Positions 61,174 through 64,000 of a stretch of 64,000 bases of DNA are shown in pieces. The number at the start of each line of letters is the position of its first letter. Within the stretch, counting starts at the first letter, position 1. The DNA is taken from assembly GCA_963786955.1 (NCBI GenBank), contig CAWBAT010000005.1, positions 1,408,001 through 1,472,000 on the forward strand, written 5' to 3'. A program made the translations under genes and the position numbers. Under the pieces are notes generated by a model that saw only the letters and a program-made list of their open reading frames with translations, did not search any database and was not told the origin of the DNA. The DNA is from an uncultured Acidimicrobiia bacterium. Its GTDB lineage: Bacteria > Acidobacteriota > Terriglobia > Versatilivoradales > Versatilivoraceae.

Positions 61174-62156
61174 GAGAAATCACTTATCGTCAGGCAGTCA
61201 ATGAAGCGCTGGAAGAGGAAATGCTGAGAGACCCTGACGTGTTTCTCATCGGCGAAGAAGTGGCCGAGTACAACGGAGCTTATAAGGTCAGCCAGGGATT
61301 GTTGGACAAGTTTGGACCCAAACGGGTGATCGACACACCGATTAGCGAGGCCGGTTTTGCAGGATTAGGTGTTGGTGCTGCCATGGTCGGGCTCCGTCCG
61401 GTGGTGGAATTCATGACCTTTAGCTTTTCGCTCGTCGCCTTTGACCAGGTCGTTAATAACGCACCGAACATGTTGACCATGTCAGGCGGCCAATTCAATA
61501 TTCCGATTGTTTTCCGCGGTCCCAATGGACCCGCCCACCAATTGGGAGCGACTCATTCTCATGCGACTGAGCCCTTCTATGCTAACTTTCCAGGGCTAAA
61601 GATCGCGATTCCTGGTACTCCGCGTGATGCGAAGGGGTTATTAAAGACGGCGATCCGAGATGATAACCCTGTTCTCGTTCTGGAGTCCGAACTCCTTTAC
61701 AATAGTTCCGGCCTGGTTGAGGACAAAGACGAGGAACTACTTATCCCTCTCGGAAAAGGGGAGATCAAGCGGCCGGGTACCGATGTGACGATCGTCTGTT
61801 ATGCCCAGACTGTGCGCATGGCTTTGGCAGCGGCTGAAACTCTTGCCAGCCAGGGGATCAATGCTGAAGTGCTCGATTTAAGGTCCATTAAACCACTCGA
61901 CCTTGACCTAATCCTCAATTCGGTGACGAAGACCCATCGCTGCGTCATCGTCGAACAAGATAAACCTTTTTGCGGGATTGGCTCGGAGTTGACATACCAG
62001 ATCCAGCGCGACATTTTTGACGAACTGGATGGTCCGGTTGCGCGGGTGGCTCAGGAGGAAGTCCCAATGCCTTATAGTGAAAAACTGGAGGCAGCGGTCT
62101 TGCCTAGTGAAGAAAAAATCCTGCAGGCTGTTCATCACCTGTGCTACGGGCGATAG
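61170..62156 (+). CDS. pdhB: Pyruvate dehydrogenase E1 beta
   Basis: GEEVAEYNGAYK, DTPISE, FRGPNG. Confidence 0.95.
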   Translation: MREITYRQAVNEALEEEMLRDPDVFLIGEEVAEYNGAYKVSQGLLDKFGPKRVIDTPISEAGFAGLGVGAAMVGLRPVVEFMTFSFSLVAFDQVVNNAPNMLTMSGGQFNIPIVFRGPNGPAHQLGATHSHATEPFYANFPGLKIAIPGTPRDAKGLLKTAIRDDNPVLVLESELLYNSSGLVEDKDEELLIPLGKGEIKRPGTDVTIVCYAQTVRMALAAAETLASQGINAEVLDLRSIKPLDLDLILNSVTKTHRCVIVEQDKPFCGIGSELTYQIQRDIFDELDGPVARVAQEEVPMPYSEKLEAAVLPSEEKILQAVHHLCYGR

Positions 62157-62202
62157 CCCCTCATTCTCCCAGTTAAATCCCAAGGAAAAAGGAAAAAAGA
62201 TC

Positions 62203-63429
62203 ATGGCTGAAATCACCATGCCCAAACTTAGTGACACAATGACGGAAGGTGTGGTTGTGCGTTGGCACAAGAAGCAAGGGGAGCCGGTCAGTGTCGGAGA
62301 TGTTCTTGCAGAAATTGAGACAGACAAGGCGACGATGGAGATGGAGGCTTTTGACGACGGAATTCTGAAAGAGATTTACGCCCAGGAAGGACAGAAGGTG
62401 GCCGTTGGGGATCGCATTGCCCTCGTTGAAGGAGAAAGCCAGACCGAGTCTTTGCCGCATAAAAAGAAGACGGATGCCGTGCAACCCGAGAGCAAGCTTT
62501 CTGCAGTTACTCCTCCACCGGCTGTTCCGAGTTCTTCCAAAAAAGCATCGAGTGCCCCTAAGACTGTTGAGGGGGGACGTCTGAAGGTTTCCCCGCTGGC
62601 GAGAAAGACGGCAACCCAAATGAATGTCATCATTGAGAACTTGCAAGGTTCAGGTCCTGGTGGACGCATCATTCAGGAAGACGTGTTTCAGGCGGCGAAG
62701 CAGCAAGAAGTTTCTCCGACCCACGTGTCGGTTGCTGAAGCCAGCTTGATTCCACTGACGGCGATGCGCCGCGTGATTGCCCAGCGAATGGTAGAGAGCA
62801 AGAGTCATATCCCGCATTTTTATCTCGACGCCGAACTCGATGCTGGACCTTTGCTTCAATTGCGCTCATTGGCCAATGAGTCTCTTGTCGCCAAAGGGTC
62901 CGAGAAACTGAGTGTCAATGACTTCGTTCTCAAAGCGGCCGTCGAAAGTCTTAGGCGGGTTCCGCAGGTCAATGCCTCATATCGTGAAAACGGTATCCTG
63001 CGATATGCCCATATTCACTTGGGTTTTGCCGTTAGTCTTGAAGAAGGACTAATCACCCCGGTGATTAGAAATGCGGAGAATAAGGAGCTTCGCCAACTTT
63101 CTACTGAAGCTCGGGGACTCATTGAGAAGGCCCGTTCTAAGAGGCTCAAACCTGACGAATATCAGGGAGGAACCTTTACGATCTCAAACCTTGGCGCCTC
63201 TGGGATCGATCGTTTTCACGCGATCATCAACCCTCCTCAGGCTGCCATTCTTTCGGTCGGCAGTATTGTTAAGAAAGCCGTCGTTAATGCGCAGGATCAA
63301 ATTGTTGTCGGGCATCGGCTCAATGTGGCGCTCTGTTGTGACCATAGGGTGGTTGATGGAGCGGTAGGAGCGATTTTTCTCCAGGAATTTCGAAAGCTCA
63401 TCGAGAACCCGGCGTTAATGCTGCTCTAG
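62203..63429 (+). CDS. pdhC: Dihydrolipoamide acetyltransferase E2
   Basis: Lipoyl ETDKA, SPLARK, GSGPGGRI, DHRVVDG; ATG at 62203. Confidence 0.95.
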   Translation: MAEITMPKLSDTMTEGVVVRWHKKQGEPVSVGDVLAEIETDKATMEMEAFDDGILKEIYAQEGQKVAVGDRIALVEGESQTESLPHKKKTDAVQPESKLSAVTPPPAVPSSSKKASSAPKTVEGGRLKVSPLARKTATQMNVIIENLQGSGPGGRIIQEDVFQAAKQQEVSPTHVSVAEASLIPLTAMRRVIAQRMVESKSHIPHFYLDAELDAGPLLQLRSLANESLVAKGSEKLSVNDFVLKAAVESLRRVPQVNASYRENGILRYAHIHLGFAVSLEEGLITPVIRNAENKELRQLSTEARGLIEKARSKRLKPDEYQGGTFTISNLGASGIDRFHAIINPPQAAILSVGSIVKKAVVNAQDQIVVGHRLNVALCCDHRVVDGAVGAIFLQEFRKLIENPALMLL

Positions 63430-63552
63430 AGGACTGGCCCAAAGTCGAGTCCATTGCCACGCCCGCGCGAAGGTCGTGTCTAGAGCGACATTCCAAGAAT
63501 TCTTGGTTTTCCCTGTAATCCCAGTTTATTGTCAACCTTCGGAGGAGTCAGC

Positions 63553-64000
63553 GTGAGCAACGATCAAAATCATTTCGACTTGGTGATTATCGGATCAGGT
63601 CCCGGGGGCTATGTTGGTGCCATTCGAGCGGCTCAACTCGGAATGAAAACTGCCATTGTCGAAAAAGATAAATTGGGCGGCATTTGCCTCAACTGGGGGT
63701 GTATTCCCACGAAAGCGCTCCTCAAGAATGCCGAAATCTATAAGTTATTTCAGAAGAGCGAAGAATTTGGCATTAGCTATGACAACCTGCGGTTTGATTT
63801 TTCGAAAATCATTAAGAGAAGCCGGGAGGTCTCAGACAAGATCAGCAGAGGCGTCGGTTTCCTAATGAAGAAGAACAAAGTCACGATATTTAACGGGACG
63901 GGCAAATTAACGGCTCACGACCACGTTGAGGTCTTCGGCCCGGATCAAACGCTCAAGGACACGTTGACGGCATCCCGGATCATGATTGCGACAGGCGCTC
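63553..64000 (+). CDS. lpdA: Dihydrolipoyl dehydrogenase (partial, runs off the window)
   Basis: GTG after ggagga; GSGPGGY, GGICLNWGCIPTK; not in the supplied ORF track because it has no stop in the window. Confidence 0.93.
   Translation, partial: MSNDQNHFDLVIIGSGPGGYVGAIRAAQLGMKTAIVEKDKLGGICLNWGCIPTKALLKNAEIYKLFQKSEEFGISYDNLRFDFSKIIKRSREVSDKISRGVGFLMKKNKVTIFNGTGKLTAHDHVEVFGPDQTLKDTLTASRIMIATGA

Noticed and set aside
481-63865. Numerous short ORFs overlapping or antisense to annotated genes (e.g. 10211..10834, 47132..47824, 60493..61170, 63656..63865)
   Set aside because: Shadow frames of well-supported genes with no motifs of their own

Overview
A 64 kb bacterial chromosomal window. Gene content and style (HAMP-SpoIIE phosphatase, sthA-ROK pair, ubiX/ubiA, ggt) suggest Acidobacteriota, but this is inference. 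About 40 kb (approx. 4.1-45.3 kb) is a phosphate-starvation super-locus: two distinct pstSCAB operons plus a third pstS, phoU, ppk1, an orphan PhoB-type regulator, a putative porin and three exported phosphatase-type genes. Reading the intergenic DNA by eye shows about 12 arrays of 3-4 pentamers ((T/G)T(A/C)A(C/T)-like) spaced exactly 11 bp apart, i.e. Pho-box-like arrays. They precede the expected targets and also unexpected ones: a PHP-phosphoesterase/GT4-glycosyltransferase fusion with a six-hairpin glycosidase-like partner, sthA, two paralogous atypical receiver proteins, an aspartyl protease and a Lys-rich hypothetical. One receiver cassette is flanked by an ungapped 140 bp degenerate direct repeat that duplicates the ends of two convergent genes. 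Between about 8.7 and 35.6 kb many genes are split by single-base indels that look like long-read errors, whereas the flanks are clean. The right end (48-64 kb) is mostly housekeeping (larB, ubiX, ubiA, ggt, dus, pdhABC-lpdA). Several REP/MITE-like palindromes and an IS630 remnant are also present. No rRNA, tRNA or CRISPR array was seen.
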